64,000 nucleotides of DNA from a virus (Duplodnaviria > Caudoviricetes): IMG/VR virus record IMGVR_UViG_3300014204_000011, positions 21,751 to 85,750 of that record; one strand, written 5' to 3'. Numbering within the stretch: the first letter of the stretch is position 1; every line of letters begins with the position of its first letter. A program made the translations under genes and the position numbers. Below are positions 39,004 through 49,262 of this stretch, piece by piece. Below the pieces are notes generated by a model that saw only the letters and a list, made by a program, of their open reading frames with translations, was not told the origin of the DNA and ran no database searches.

Positions 39004-39977
39004 ATATTCTCCTCAATTATTTGTATTCGTTTTTGATTTATTTTTGAAAGTAAAAGATTTTCCTGAATATAATCTAAGCTTTGCAAATAGTTTTCCTGTC
39101 TGAAAGATTTACTCTTTATAGCTTTTTCAAGTAAATATTGAAAATTATCTTTATAATTTACACATCCTGGTTTATTAAATTCTGGAAGATTTGGTGCAAT
39201 ACAACAAGCTCCAGCATAAGTACCCTCGATCCAACTTATATTTGATTTTGCGGAGTTAAATACGCTATTAATAAGAGGAACTATATGTATTGCTGGTGTA
39301 ATTTCAGATAATAATTTATTATATTTAATAAGTTCAAGTTCACTATTTATTACTGCACTATTTATTATATCTTCCGATATAAACCATACATCTGATCCGA
39401 TAAAAATCCAATCCCAATCAGGATTATTTATAGAAGCATATTCCATTCCATCTTTACAAGATAACAAATCTCGTCTATGTGTAGAACTTCCACGCCAAGA
39501 TATTCTTTTTGAAGTTATATCTTTTTTAATGAGTTTATAATTATAATCATTAAAAGCATTTTCTATGACTATAATATCAGGATTTATATGTTTATAATAA
39601 TTTTTGATTGTTTCTGTACTTACGGTTACAATATCTGAATTTTTAATTGAATATTCTACATTATCAAGAATACGTTTTTGGCTAAAATAAGCATATCCTG
39701 GATTATCTTCTGGAAGCTCAGGAAACAAATCATCAAAATCAGACCAGACTTTAATTCCAAAATCTTTTGCCATATCAAGACTTTCGATATAATTATCTCC
39801 AACAGGGCGTAAGAAATAAAGAATATCACAATCGCTAAGATAATTCCAGTTCATAGAATCTATGAATTCTACATCAATATCTGGTCTTATTTTTCGTAGT
39901 TTAGAAAGAACTCCCCAACCACGATAATAACTACAAGCTCCTTTTGGAGCAACATCACATATTTTTATTTTTATCAT
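39000..39977 (-). CDS. GT-B glycosyltransferase
   Basis: DFDDL, DIVTVST, WRGSSTH, FNSAKSNISWIE. Confidence 0.75.
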   Translation of the reverse strand: MIKIKICDVAPKGACSYYRGWGVLSKLRKIRPDIDVEFIDSMNWNYLSDCDILYFLRPVGDNYIESLDMAKDFGIKVWSDFDDLFPELPEDNPGYAYFSQKRILDNVEYSIKNSDIVTVSTETIKNYYKHINPDIIVIENAFNDYNYKLIKKDITSKRISWRGSSTHRRDLLSCKDGMEYASINNPDWDWIFIGSDVWFISEDIINSAVINSELELIKYNKLLSEITPAIHIVPLINSVFNSAKSNISWIEGTYAGACCIAPNLPEFNKPGCVNYKDNFQYLLEKAIKSKSFRQENYLQSLDYIQENLLLSKINQKRIQIIEENI

Positions 39978-40114
39978 TTGTTTTCCATTTGAATATTTTT
40001 TTTAATTCTTTGTTTAAAATCTTCGTCAGTCTCATCTTTCATTTTTAAAAATGAATCAAGTTTTTTTTAATCCTGAATAACTTTTAATAAAATTGGTTTT
40101 CCCCTGTTTTTCAT
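39974..40114 (-). pseudogene. Small ORF interrupted by an in-frame TAA
   Basis: ATGA overlaps at both ends. MKNRGKPILLKVIQD*KKLDSFLKMKDETDEDFKQRIKKNIQMENK, with TAA at 40067-40069. Confidence 0.45.
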
Positions 40115-40497
40115 TTATTTTTAAACTCCGGATGATCTTTTTTGAGGGCTTGAATGGTTGCAAACATTTGATTAAATAAAAAATATGGAGATTCAGAATC
40201 CTTATATTCTGTTTTCATTTTTTCAGTTTCTTCAACCAATATTTCAAGATCGGATTTTGGAATAACACCGTTTTTTTTAAACAAATCTACGAACTGTTTT
40301 CTAAGTTCGCTACTTATTTCAGATATAGGAAATACTGGAAAAATATTATTAATAATAAAATCATTTGCTTCTTCTTTTGTCATTTGTATTTTTTTTATAG
40401 GTTCATTAGTAACCCATTTAGTACAATACCTCAATCCTATTGTTCTAAATTGTTTATGTTCACATATTATTTGACCGCAAGAATCACAACTTTCCAT
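40111..40497 (-). CDS. Hypothetical protein with N-terminal Cys cluster
   Basis: CDSC...C...C; GGAGAGG RBS. Confidence 0.6.
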   Translation of the reverse strand: MESCDSCGQIICEHKQFRTIGLRYCTKWVTNEPIKKIQMTKEEANDFIINNIFPVFPISEISSELRKQFVDLFKKNGVIPKSDLEILVEETEKMKTEYKDSESPYFLFNQMFATIQALKKDHPEFKNK

Positions 40498-40529
40498 ATT
40501 AAAACACCTCTCCTTTTTTTATTTAAAAA

Positions 40530-40635
40530 AATTTAACTATTTTTAAAAAACCTGTCAAGAACTTTTGTAAAAAATTTTATCATTTTTTTTGTAAATTTTA
40601 ATACTTGACAAGAACTGTATTTAATACAAAATAAA
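40530..40635. promoter_or_regulatory. Divergent sigma70-like promoters
   Basis: Minus: TTGACA 40558-40553, N17, TAAATT. Plus: TTGACA 40605-40610. Confidence 0.6.
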
Positions 40636-40682
40636 GCTATAAACCGACTCTTATAAGGTAACTGGAATGAAAAGGAAAAGTT

Positions 40683-42461
40683 TTGCAAATACCTCTAATC
40701 ATAAAGGCTTTAACCGGAGAGTTTGTTTTAAGTGGCTTGTATTCTTTCGAGTTCGTAGATAAGAATAGAAATACTATCACTGAAATCTTCTTTATGATAC
40801 CTCCTAAAAAAAAGGATATGGCGGAGGTTACAAGATCATCCACAAACCCCACACTTTCGAGCAATTATATAACTGATGCTGGTAACGGCACAAAACAACT
40901 TAATTTATCTGGTGAACTTTTCTTCCCGTATGTCGGTAGTCCCGATAATCCTGTAGCCAGAGATAGTTCACAACTTGAAAATCAAATAGATGGTATGACG
41001 GAATTTTTTAAACTTCAATGGATGCTTATTCGCTATCGTGATTATACCATGACTAAAAATGGTAAAATGGTTATACCTTCTACGGTTATGAATTCCAGTC
41101 CTGAAATTACAGCTTTATATAAAAAAGTCAGTCAATTAGTTAAAAATAAAATTGGTGCTTTATATGATGAGATACAACTTATTGTTCATGATTACGATAT
41201 GGATGATCATTATTATTGTAGAGTCATTTCTTTCAGCGGTTCTCAAAGTGATACAAAATATATTGCAGTAGAATATAATATCAGTTTAGAATTGCACGAA
41301 CGAGATAATATGCAAAGTGCAAAAACTGTAGAAATAAGAAGAAGTTTAAATGAAAGTGTAGATGTTGCAAATACTCAAATGCAAAATACCAATTTCAGTG
41401 TTACATTTGAAGATATTCAGTCTCAAATCAGTTATAACGCCGATTTTTATACTTTTACCCTGGATATTGACGCTTTACTCACCAGTATAGATACAGAAAA
41501 TACTAATATTCAGTCTGGAATTTCTACACCTATGGATTTATTACCTTCTCTTTTAACATCTTTATTATCTACAATTGATATGGTTAAAAGATCGTTTTTA
41601 ACTGTTTTTTTTACGGATGCACAAATAGCTCTTTATGAGACAGGCGATTTAACAATTGATGAAGTTTTAAATATAGATTTATTATCTTTTTATAATAGTA
41701 TTACCAAAATAGGGATATACGCCGAAGGATTACTTGGAGTTATAAATTCAACAGTAAAAAAAGATGAAATAAGATATTATGCAAACGCTGATGATTATAC
41801 CCTGACTACAGAACAATTTGATGAAGATGGAAGTAACAAAGTCTTAAATGATACATCTTTTAAATACTATACAGTTCAAGATGGAGATACCGCCCGTATT
41901 ATTGCACTTAGAGAATTAAATGATTCTGAAAAATTCATATCAATATTAAAAATAAATTCAATAACTGAATCTGATTTCATAGAAGGAACTTTAATTGGTC
42001 AAAAAATAATTATTCCAATAAGCGCAAGCTCGTTAAGCAGATCTGAAGAAAATCTTGTTTATGTTGCTGATGACAGCGATATTAACAATTTTTTACATGG
42101 AGGGGATATAAAACTAGGTATCAATGGAGAAATGCTTGTCAGTGCAACCGGAGATATACTTGGTCAAACCGGAGTTCAAGTTACATATGATTCTCTTTTA
42201 AACAGAATAGAGTCAAGAAAAGGTTCTTTAAATGTTTTCTCTCCCGATTGGGGTGTTACAAGTATCGGAAGTGGAAATGCTCCCTTAATGGTAAGAATAC
42301 AACGATATATTACGGATCTTACAAATCAATTACAAACAGATCCCCGTGTAGAAAGTGTTAAAATAGACATGAAAAGTCTTAGACTTGAAGGTGAAGTTTT
42401 AAGATTAAATGGTACGATAAATTTTATTGGTACTGAAGAATCTAAAGAGGTACAAATATAA
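40683..42461 (+). CDS. Baseplate protein: tube-initiator-like N-terminus + LysM + gp25-like C-terminus
   Basis: YYTVQDGDTARIIALREL...GQKIIIP (LysM); PDWG...DPRVESVKI (gp25/W-like). Confidence 0.7.
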   Translation: MQIPLIIKALTGEFVLSGLYSFEFVDKNRNTITEIFFMIPPKKKDMAEVTRSSTNPTLSSNYITDAGNGTKQLNLSGELFFPYVGSPDNPVARDSSQLENQIDGMTEFFKLQWMLIRYRDYTMTKNGKMVIPSTVMNSSPEITALYKKVSQLVKNKIGALYDEIQLIVHDYDMDDHYYCRVISFSGSQSDTKYIAVEYNISLELHERDNMQSAKTVEIRRSLNESVDVANTQMQNTNFSVTFEDIQSQISYNADFYTFTLDIDALLTSIDTENTNIQSGISTPMDLLPSLLTSLLSTIDMVKRSFLTVFFTDAQIALYETGDLTIDEVLNIDLLSFYNSITKIGIYAEGLLGVINSTVKKDEIRYYANADDYTLTTEQFDEDGSNKVLNDTSFKYYTVQDGDTARIIALRELNDSEKFISILKINSITESDFIEGTLIGQKIIIPISASSLSRSEENLVYVADDSDINNFLHGGDIKLGINGEMLVSATGDILGQTGVQVTYDSLLNRIESRKGSLNVFSPDWGVTSIGSGNAPLMVRIQRYITDLTNQLQTDPRVESVKIDMKSLRLEGEVLRLNGTINFIGTEESKEVQI

Positions 42462-43870
42462 TGTCTGATATTATAAAAGTATATACATCTGATCAGCTTT
42501 ATACAATGGCAAGAGATTTAGTTCTTGCTAAAGCTATAGGGATTACTGATTTTAATGATGGCGGTAAAACGAAAGCATTATTGCAGATGTTTGCAGATAT
42601 TGTAAGCACTGTCATGATGGACGAAAAAGAAGGGATATATAAAGCCATTCCAATTGCATTATATGAAGGTTTTGGATTTAAGAAAAAGGCAGCAACTTCA
42701 GCAACAGGATATATAAGACCTAGAAGAAAACCGGCTATGACTATAAAATATACCGGAGCTGGAACTTCTGCTTTACTTACTATTACAAGTACAAATATAA
42801 CCGCTTCTTGTACTGGTGCGCCAGCGGATGCCTTTACTTATGCTTTTTCCTCTTATCCTAAAACCAGTAATTTAGCAGCGGTTATAAATGCTCTTGCAAA
42901 TTGGGAATGTACGGCTGTTAAAGATGTAGATTGCAATACGTTATATCAATATACTACAGTTGAAATTATTGGGAAAACAAATTATTATGCTGTAACAGGC
43001 ATGGATATAATGCTTGCCATAGACACTGCAATTACTGTTTTAACCGGTTATTCAGTATCTATTGATTCTATGCAGATACTTACGACCGCAGATGCAACAA
43101 TTTTAGCCGGTACTTCGGGAATTCAATGTGCTTCCGAGAATACAACAACAGGAACTACCGGAAATATCGCTGTAAATGCAATTGATACCGCTTCCGGTAA
43201 AGGATATATAAATTCAGTTATAGACGGAATTGAAAATGTAATAAATGACAGTGCTTTTTCCGGTGGAGCAGTTGCGGAAACAGATGAAGAAAGAGCCACT
43301 AGATTTTCTGAAACTGTTAATGCTTTGAATGCAGGAACGAAAGAGGGTATATTAGTTGCAGTTGAAGCTATTGATGGAGTAAAAAGCGCAGGTATGAGGG
43401 TTTCATATCCTTTTAGAGGTTCAAATACTATTATAGTTGATGATGGAAGTGGTAGTATTAGTGCTGCATTATTAGCGGAAATTATAAAAGTTTTAGACGG
43501 TGATCCTAGCGATTTAACAAATTACCCAGGGAAAGGAATTGCCGGTATAGGATATATAGTAGAAGCCCCTGTTATTGTTAATTCAAATATTGGTATAACC
43601 GCTACAAGACTTGCAAGTGTTGGAGTAGATTTACTTGAAATTAAAAACAGTATTCAAACTGCCGTTGAACAATATATAAATACTCTTCAACTTGGAGAGG
43701 ATGTATTATTGTCTGAGGTTGTAAGAGTAGGTAAAAATTCAAATAGTGCGGTATATGATTTAATAGTTGTAAGTCCATCTTCAAATATTGTAGTAAACGA
43801 AAATGAATTTGCCAGGACTGGAGCTGGAACAACGGGGACTGTAACTGTTACGGTTACAATAGCTACTTAA
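42461..43870 (+). CDS. Baseplate J-like wedge protein
   Basis: ITDFNDGG, GGAVAETDEERATRF, YINTLQLGEDV. Confidence 0.85.
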   Translation: MSDIIKVYTSDQLYTMARDLVLAKAIGITDFNDGGKTKALLQMFADIVSTVMMDEKEGIYKAIPIALYEGFGFKKKAATSATGYIRPRRKPAMTIKYTGAGTSALLTITSTNITASCTGAPADAFTYAFSSYPKTSNLAAVINALANWECTAVKDVDCNTLYQYTTVEIIGKTNYYAVTGMDIMLAIDTAITVLTGYSVSIDSMQILTTADATILAGTSGIQCASENTTTGTTGNIAVNAIDTASGKGYINSVIDGIENVINDSAFSGGAVAETDEERATRFSETVNALNAGTKEGILVAVEAIDGVKSAGMRVSYPFRGSNTIIVDDGSGSISAALLAEIIKVLDGDPSDLTNYPGKGIAGIGYIVEAPVIVNSNIGITATRLASVGVDLLEIKNSIQTAVEQYINTLQLGEDVLLSEVVRVGKNSNSAVYDLIVVSPSSNIVVNENEFARTGAGTTGTVTVTVTIAT

Positions 43871-43871
43871 T

Positions 43872-44522
43872 ATGAGCGAAAAAATAACAATAAGAATAAA
43901 TGATGCTCTTAGAGCTATATATGAAGTAGATAATGATCCTATTTACAAAGCCGTAATTTGCGATAATACCGGTGTTCCTGCTTCTACAATTACTAAACCT
44001 ACTGATTTTAATATTGGAGCTATAGCTAATAATATTGAATATCTGAGAAGATTTTCTCAGGATATTGTTAAACAATTATATATAGATCAAGCTAGTGGGG
44101 AATTTTTAAAATATGAACTTGAAACTTTTTTTAAAAGTTTAAGACTTCAGAATGAAACCGAAAGTGAATGGATTGCCAGAACAATAGCTTTAGTTTTTCA
44201 ACCACGAATATCAAAAGCTTCAATTATTTATGCTCTTCGACCATATTCATCTCTTGAACCAGAGATTGTGAACGGTGGTGGAGATAGCATGTTCGCAGAT
44301 GTAAGTTTTGCAGATCGTTATACAAAATATACTACAACTTTTGAGGGTGATATTTTTGTAGTATATCCTGCATATGCTCAAACAGATAGCAGTTCTTATT
44401 ATTCTATAGTAATAGTTCTTTATGATACGTTATCCAGTGATTTATATACTGTTTCGGACATTATAAATAAATATATTGCAGCCGGTATTAGTTTCAAAAT
44501 AGAAATACGAATAACACCATGA
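43872..44522 (+). CDS. Baseplate wedge (gpI-like) protein
   Basis: QASGEFL, NETESEWIAR, YIAAGI. Confidence 0.7.
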   Translation: MSEKITIRINDALRAIYEVDNDPIYKAVICDNTGVPASTITKPTDFNIGAIANNIEYLRRFSQDIVKQLYIDQASGEFLKYELETFFKSLRLQNETESEWIARTIALVFQPRISKASIIYALRPYSSLEPEIVNGGGDSMFADVSFADRYTKYTTTFEGDIFVVYPAYAQTDSSSYYSIVIVLYDTLSSDLYTVSDIINKYIAAGISFKIEIRITP

Positions 44523-44532
44523 GGTAAAATAA

Positions 44533-46344
44533 ATGGCTTCAAGAGATCTTAGAATTGTAAATATGGTTGAAGGGCAGAAAGCTGAATCTGATAAAGTTTT
44601 CAAACGTATTGGAGAAATATCTTATAGAGATATTGGTGTTTTATCTAAAATAGGATTATTTGACAGTGGAAAAGCTTTAATTACTTCCGGATTAAGAGTT
44701 GTTAGTGGTGGAGGTATGACAGTCTCAATACCTATGGGAAATATTTTGCAAAGAATGCCTTCTGGTGATTTATTACCTTGTATAGCTGTTGCCGATCAAA
44801 CTCTGACTATGGACTCTGCTTCGGGGGTATCAAGGGTAGATATTGTAGAATGCCAGGTAAAATCTCTTACAGATAAAGATGATGTTTCACAAGCTGTACT
44901 TGATTCAAGTACGGGTGTTCTAAGTGTTGAAACTATAAAACGAGATATAAAATATTATCTTAGTGTGCAGAAAAAAATGGGAAGTACAACCGCAACCGCA
45001 GCTACAGCAGGAGTTTTAAGTGGTACTGTAGGTATTGCCGGAACTATAGATTTAAGTGCTAATTATTTACTTAATTTAGCAGATGGAGAAGATGGAAGTT
45101 TTCAAGAAATTGATTTAAGAGGCGTAACTCCACAGGCAACCACTCTAGCTGAAATTGTTGCGAATATTAACGCAGCAGTTGGAAGAACAATGGCAAGTGT
45201 TGGTGGTGGAAATGTCGCAATGTTAACCGGATATGGTACAGGTATTTCTTCTTATTTTGAAATTAAACCGCCTGTAACTGATTCTGATGCTGATGTTTTG
45301 CAAGTTGTATTCGGTGTTTCAAGCTCTGGTGCTTATGATTATATCTATAAAGGTGTGAATGATTGGATAAAACTTGCCGAAATTGACATAGGCGCAGCAA
45401 CAACTGTTATTACTTCAGGTTTAATTCGCAATATAGATCAAAAAAGTACATGGGCTAGTGATAGTACGGATATAATAACTGCTCCTCCGGCAATACAACC
45501 TTTAAGTGAAAGAACAGAACAATTGACTATTGCTGATACAGATTTAATTCCTATAGAAACTGCAACAGGTAAAAGTTTATATGCTACTGCTTTAAATTTA
45601 AGACAAGGTAAAGCCAATATAATTGTTCCTACTGAAAAAACAGATGATTACAATATTTTAGATACCGACATTTACACCCATTATATATTAAGAGGCGCAG
45701 GAGCGAATAAAACATTTACATTGCCAACTCTTGCCGATAATATAAATAAAGAATATGTTATTTGGAATAATGATACTACTTACATGCTTACAGTTGATGG
45801 TGAAGGCTCGGAAACAATAGACGGAATGCTAACGATCCAACTACCTAAACAAGGAAACTATATTCGTGTTGTCGGTACAGCATCAGAATGGAAAATACTC
45901 GGGGAAAGTATCTCGGCTCAATTAAGATTAAATACTTTCGCAGGATATGGATCAACCGACAATAAAATTATGCAATTCACAAATTTGGCTGAATATTACG
46001 GGAATATATTTAGCCACAACCATGGGTCGTATGGGGTACATGGGCTAGAAGTAATTATAAATAAAACCGGGAAATATTTCGTAGGAGGTACATCTCTACC
46101 AGAAAGTGCAGGTGATGACGTAGGGATATCGGTAAATTCAAATCAATTGACGACAGCATTTTATTCTATTAATTCATCCAATTTTTTGACGACTGGGCAT
46201 ACTGCTATAGGAGCGACGTTAAATTACGGTGTAGAGACAATATTGGAAAAGAATGATGTATTAAGAGTTCACACAAATAATGCTGCAACTTCGAGCACTT
46301 ACGCGGATAAATGTACGTTTATCTTATCTTATATAGAGACATAG
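44533..46344 (+). CDS. Tail fibre / receptor-binding protein
   Basis: SGLRVVSGGGMTVSIPMG baseplate-attachment region; TFTLPTLADN...TIDG repeat; C-terminal beta-sandwich. Confidence 0.75.
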   Translation: MASRDLRIVNMVEGQKAESDKVFKRIGEISYRDIGVLSKIGLFDSGKALITSGLRVVSGGGMTVSIPMGNILQRMPSGDLLPCIAVADQTLTMDSASGVSRVDIVECQVKSLTDKDDVSQAVLDSSTGVLSVETIKRDIKYYLSVQKKMGSTTATAATAGVLSGTVGIAGTIDLSANYLLNLADGEDGSFQEIDLRGVTPQATTLAEIVANINAAVGRTMASVGGGNVAMLTGYGTGISSYFEIKPPVTDSDADVLQVVFGVSSSGAYDYIYKGVNDWIKLAEIDIGAATTVITSGLIRNIDQKSTWASDSTDIITAPPAIQPLSERTEQLTIADTDLIPIETATGKSLYATALNLRQGKANIIVPTEKTDDYNILDTDIYTHYILRGAGANKTFTLPTLADNINKEYVIWNNDTTYMLTVDGEGSETIDGMLTIQLPKQGNYIRVVGTASEWKILGESISAQLRLNTFAGYGSTDNKIMQFTNLAEYYGNIFSHNHGSYGVHGLEVIINKTGKYFVGGTSLPESAGDDVGISVNSNQLTTAFYSINSSNFLTTGHTAIGATLNYGVETILEKNDVLRVHTNNAATSSTYADKCTFILSYIET

Positions 46345-46353
46345 AACGAGGAG

Positions 46354-46941
46354 ATGAAAATGCACAAAAGATATTGCAAAACAAACACAGAAGATTATAT
46401 TTACGACTTATTTTTTGAACATCAAAAAAATAAATTTGACGGTACTGAAAAATATTTGGACGAAGTAGAAAGCCCTGCGAATGTCTATATAAACGATAAA
46501 ATAATATATGACGAATCTGGAACTCCATTATTTAAATATAATAATGGAGTTCCAATCGAGGCCGTAGATAATATTAAACTTTTAGAATATTATAAAAAAG
46601 AAAAAGTAAAAGAAATAAAAAATGCTTTTGAAAATGAATTTGTAGAAGGACATTTCGCGTCTACTGCATTAGGTATCGAAGTTGATTGTAGAAGAAGCGG
46701 CACGAGAAATGATCTGCAAAATGTGAATGAAATGATAGATAATTATGATTATCTTCCAGAAAAGAAAAAATATTTTAAAGGTCTTTCAGAGACAACTACT
46801 TTTAAATTAACTCTTGATCAATGTAAAGCATTAAAACTGGAAATGTTTCTTTTAGTTGCAAATCGTTATGCAAAAAAAGACGAATTGTTAGAACAAATTG
46901 AAAATGCTACAATCGAAACCATCAAAAATATAAAATGGTGA
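46354..46941 (+). CDS. Tail fibre assembly chaperone (DUF4376-like)
   Basis: Follows the fibre gene; KEKVKEIKNAFE, DLQNV, TLDQCKAL. Confidence 0.65.
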   Translation: MKMHKRYCKTNTEDYIYDLFFEHQKNKFDGTEKYLDEVESPANVYINDKIIYDESGTPLFKYNNGVPIEAVDNIKLLEYYKKEKVKEIKNAFENEFVEGHFASTALGIEVDCRRSGTRNDLQNVNEMIDNYDYLPEKKKYFKGLSETTTFKLTLDQCKALKLEMFLLVANRYAKKDELLEQIENATIETIKNIKW

Positions 46942-46945
46942 TATA

Positions 46946-46973
46946 AAAATCCCCTCCAAGTTGAGGGGATTTT
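46946..46973. terminator. Bidirectional intrinsic terminator
   Basis: AAAATCCCCTC-CAAGTT-GAGGGGATTTT between convergent genes. Confidence 0.85.
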
Positions 46974-47065
46974 GCTTTAAATTATAACATTATTTTATAT
47001 AAATTTTATTTTAACCGTATAGCTTTTCACAGCTACATATCGTGCCTCCAAAAATAATTTATTAT

Positions 47066-48490
47066 TTACCAAAACCTCGCATTCCATGTACCATACATAA
47101 ATCCACCATCGGAAGTGTATGTGTAATCTGTACCACACATTTTTAGACCAGCTTCTCCGTTCTCCACAAAAATAGATCTTCCTCTATGGTAAATTCCTTC
47201 AATATAATCGGCACATATCTTATATCCGTATAGAGTTCCAACATTCCAAGTATTTGATCCATCCGTAAGATTAGGACTCGCATAACTATAAATACCAGAA
47301 TTGAGAGACTGAATAGTAGATGCTGGCTTTTCTGGTAAGTTACTTATTTCAGTCACAACACCACTTTCTTGTTTATAATGTTTGATAATCGTTCCACTAT
47401 CGAAACTTAATGTAAAATAAAGTATTTTGGAGCTACCGCTTAATTGATTGCTAAAAAACTCAAGAATTATATTCGGTTCATCAGTTGTAGTAGTCCCAAG
47501 ATAAGTTTTGCTTACATGAAAATGATTTGTACTATCTAATAATCCAGATTTCATCCAAAGAATCCTTGCGCCAAGTCCGTCCGGAAACTCTCTAATTGTA
47601 GGTGCAGGACTAGTCCATCCCGAAGGAATGACAGGACATCCAATATACCAGTCTACGCCGATATAAGCAATTGGGCTGACAGTAAATATTTTTAAGGTTG
47701 TATCTATTAATGATCTCTGAGTCATAACCTGTGCTTTAACTGTCGCAATATCAGGGCAACTACCATATAGAGAGTTAAGATTTGATGTTATTATGGCAAT
47801 ATCAACAGCAGAAAAACTAGAATCAAGAATAGTTAAATCTATCGTTCCATCTGCTAAATCTGCGGAAAGTGCAGTCAATAAGCTTGACACTTCTGCAACC
47901 GTTCTATTTTTACAAATTGCAGCGGACAAAAATAAAAGATTGGCGTTTGTGGCTACACTCGAAGTATTTGGATCAATTGCAGTCCACCCCAGACCTGAAA
48001 ATAATTCAGTTACAGCCTGTGTTTTTGCAGATTCAAAAGTTGAACCATTCTCGATCAAATACTCCATTCTATCTTTTATAATATGAGTAAGAATGTTGAT
48101 ATTCCATGTACCTTTGTCTGAGTCCACAAATCCATATAATTTTAGAGTAGAAGATGACACTATCGCCGTATTTTCATTATAAAAATATCCCTCTGCTTTA
48201 ACATAAAGGATGTCTTTAATATTTGCAGATTTAAGCGTGTAATTCCCCAGATTATCCGTAGTGGTTGTTATGAAGGATTCACCACCTAATCCCGAAACAG
48301 CATCCCATGAATAGGCGATAACTTCAGCACCTTGTTGGAAAGCTCCCTTTTCAAGTCTTCCCTTATATTCATTAATTGTTGGATTAGAAGGTGAGTCAGG
48401 ATCATTCGATCCACCGCTTCCACCCGATCCACCGCAGGCACTTAATATTATCAGTGCCATAAAATAAATTATAAAAAATAATCGTTTCAT
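47066..48490 (-). CDS. Surface lipoprotein (moron-like)
   Basis: GGAGG RBS and ATG 48490. MKRLFFIIYFMALIILSAC lipobox, GS linker, GRLEKGAF...NINILTH domain. Confidence 0.8.
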   Translation of the reverse strand: MKRLFFIIYFMALIILSACGGSGGSGGSNDPDSPSNPTINEYKGRLEKGAFQQGAEVIAYSWDAVSGLGGESFITTTTDNLGNYTLKSANIKDILYVKAEGYFYNENTAIVSSSTLKLYGFVDSDKGTWNINILTHIIKDRMEYLIENGSTFESAKTQAVTELFSGLGWTAIDPNTSSVATNANLLFLSAAICKNRTVAEVSSLLTALSADLADGTIDLTILDSSFSAVDIAIITSNLNSLYGSCPDIATVKAQVMTQRSLIDTTLKIFTVSPIAYIGVDWYIGCPVIPSGWTSPAPTIREFPDGLGARILWMKSGLLDSTNHFHVSKTYLGTTTTDEPNIILEFFSNQLSGSSKILYFTLSFDSGTIIKHYKQESGVVTEISNLPEKPASTIQSLNSGIYSYASPNLTDGSNTWNVGTLYGYKICADYIEGIYHRGRSIFVENGEAGLKMCGTDYTYTSDGGFMYGTWNARFW

Positions 48491-48521
48491 ATAAAACCTC
48501 CGTAATAGATTTAATAATATT

Positions 48522-48577
48522 ACATTAATAAAACTCTTTAGGAATGTCAAGTAATTTTGTAAAAATTTTTTACTTTT
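48522..48577 (-). promoter_or_regulatory. Promoter of the lipoprotein gene
   Basis: TTGACA 48550-48545, N17, TAATGT; upstream AAAAGTAAAAAATTTT element. Confidence 0.7.
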
Positions 48578-48582
48578 TTTAT

Positions 48583-48909
48583 TCAACTTTTATAAAATTC
48601 TTTAACATTACATTTTTTATTATCACATCCGTAATTACATATTTCTCTATTATATTTTAAATATTGAGTATATTTTGAATCTGAATCTATTTCAGAGATA
48701 ATAATTTCATAATCATATTTACCGCCTCTATCCATTGCTTCTTTTTCACCGGCTCTATATGCTTTTTCCATAGTAGAATGAACGGATAAAAAATAACTAT
48801 GATTTTCCCTGCTTCCCCATCTTGTCATGTTGACTATATAGATTTTCTCTTTAAAATATTTGCGATAAAAATTATACATATGAAATTTATATTTTAATTT
48901 TTTAATCAT
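48583..48909 (-). CDS. Hypothetical protein
   Basis: IYIVNMTRWG...LSVHSTMEKA small phage family pattern. Confidence 0.55.
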   Translation of the reverse strand: MIKKLKYKFHMYNFYRKYFKEKIYIVNMTRWGSRENHSYFLSVHSTMEKAYRAGEKEAMDRGGKYDYEIIISEIDSDSKYTQYLKYNREICNYGCDNKKCNVKEFYKS

Positions 48910-49262
48910 CTCTTATACTCCCAAAGTCTTAATTTGCCTTTTACATTTAATATAGGTTTATCGTATAAAACCGCATCTTTTAATAACCAATGCCAGTGAT
49001 TAGATTGCGCCCATATTGAATCATCATCCATTACACAATCCCAAATATCAACTTCTCCAATTATTGCAGATAATATTCTATTAGATGGAAGCATATTTTC
49101 ATATACATATGGATTAGGTAAATAATACATTATATCTGATTTAGCTGGTACATGAACGTATATTCTGCCCCGATAATTAGTTTTCCATGTCCTATTTTCT
49201 ACATCTTTAATACCAGCACAAATATGATAGCTCCATGGATCTTTTATTGATAGTGCTTTCAT
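48906..49262 (-). CDS. ASCH domain protein
   Basis: MKALSIKDPW, GIKDVENRTW, YRGRIYVH, KGKLRLW. Confidence 0.9.
   Translation of the reverse strand: MKALSIKDPWSYHICAGIKDVENRTWKTNYRGRIYVHVPAKSDIMYYLPNPYVYENMLPSNRILSAIIGEVDIWDCVMDDDSIWAQSNHWHWLLKDAVLYDKPILNVKGKLRLWEYKR

Noticed and set aside
33619-40497. Definite DNA hypermodification call
   Set aside because: No thymidylate-synthase-like hydroxymethylase, TET/JBP or modified-nucleotide kinase is visible, so the target remains open.
44533-46344. Diversity-generating retroelement or invertible tail-fibre cassette
   Set aside because: No reverse transcriptase, recombinase or duplicated fibre segment is seen in the window.
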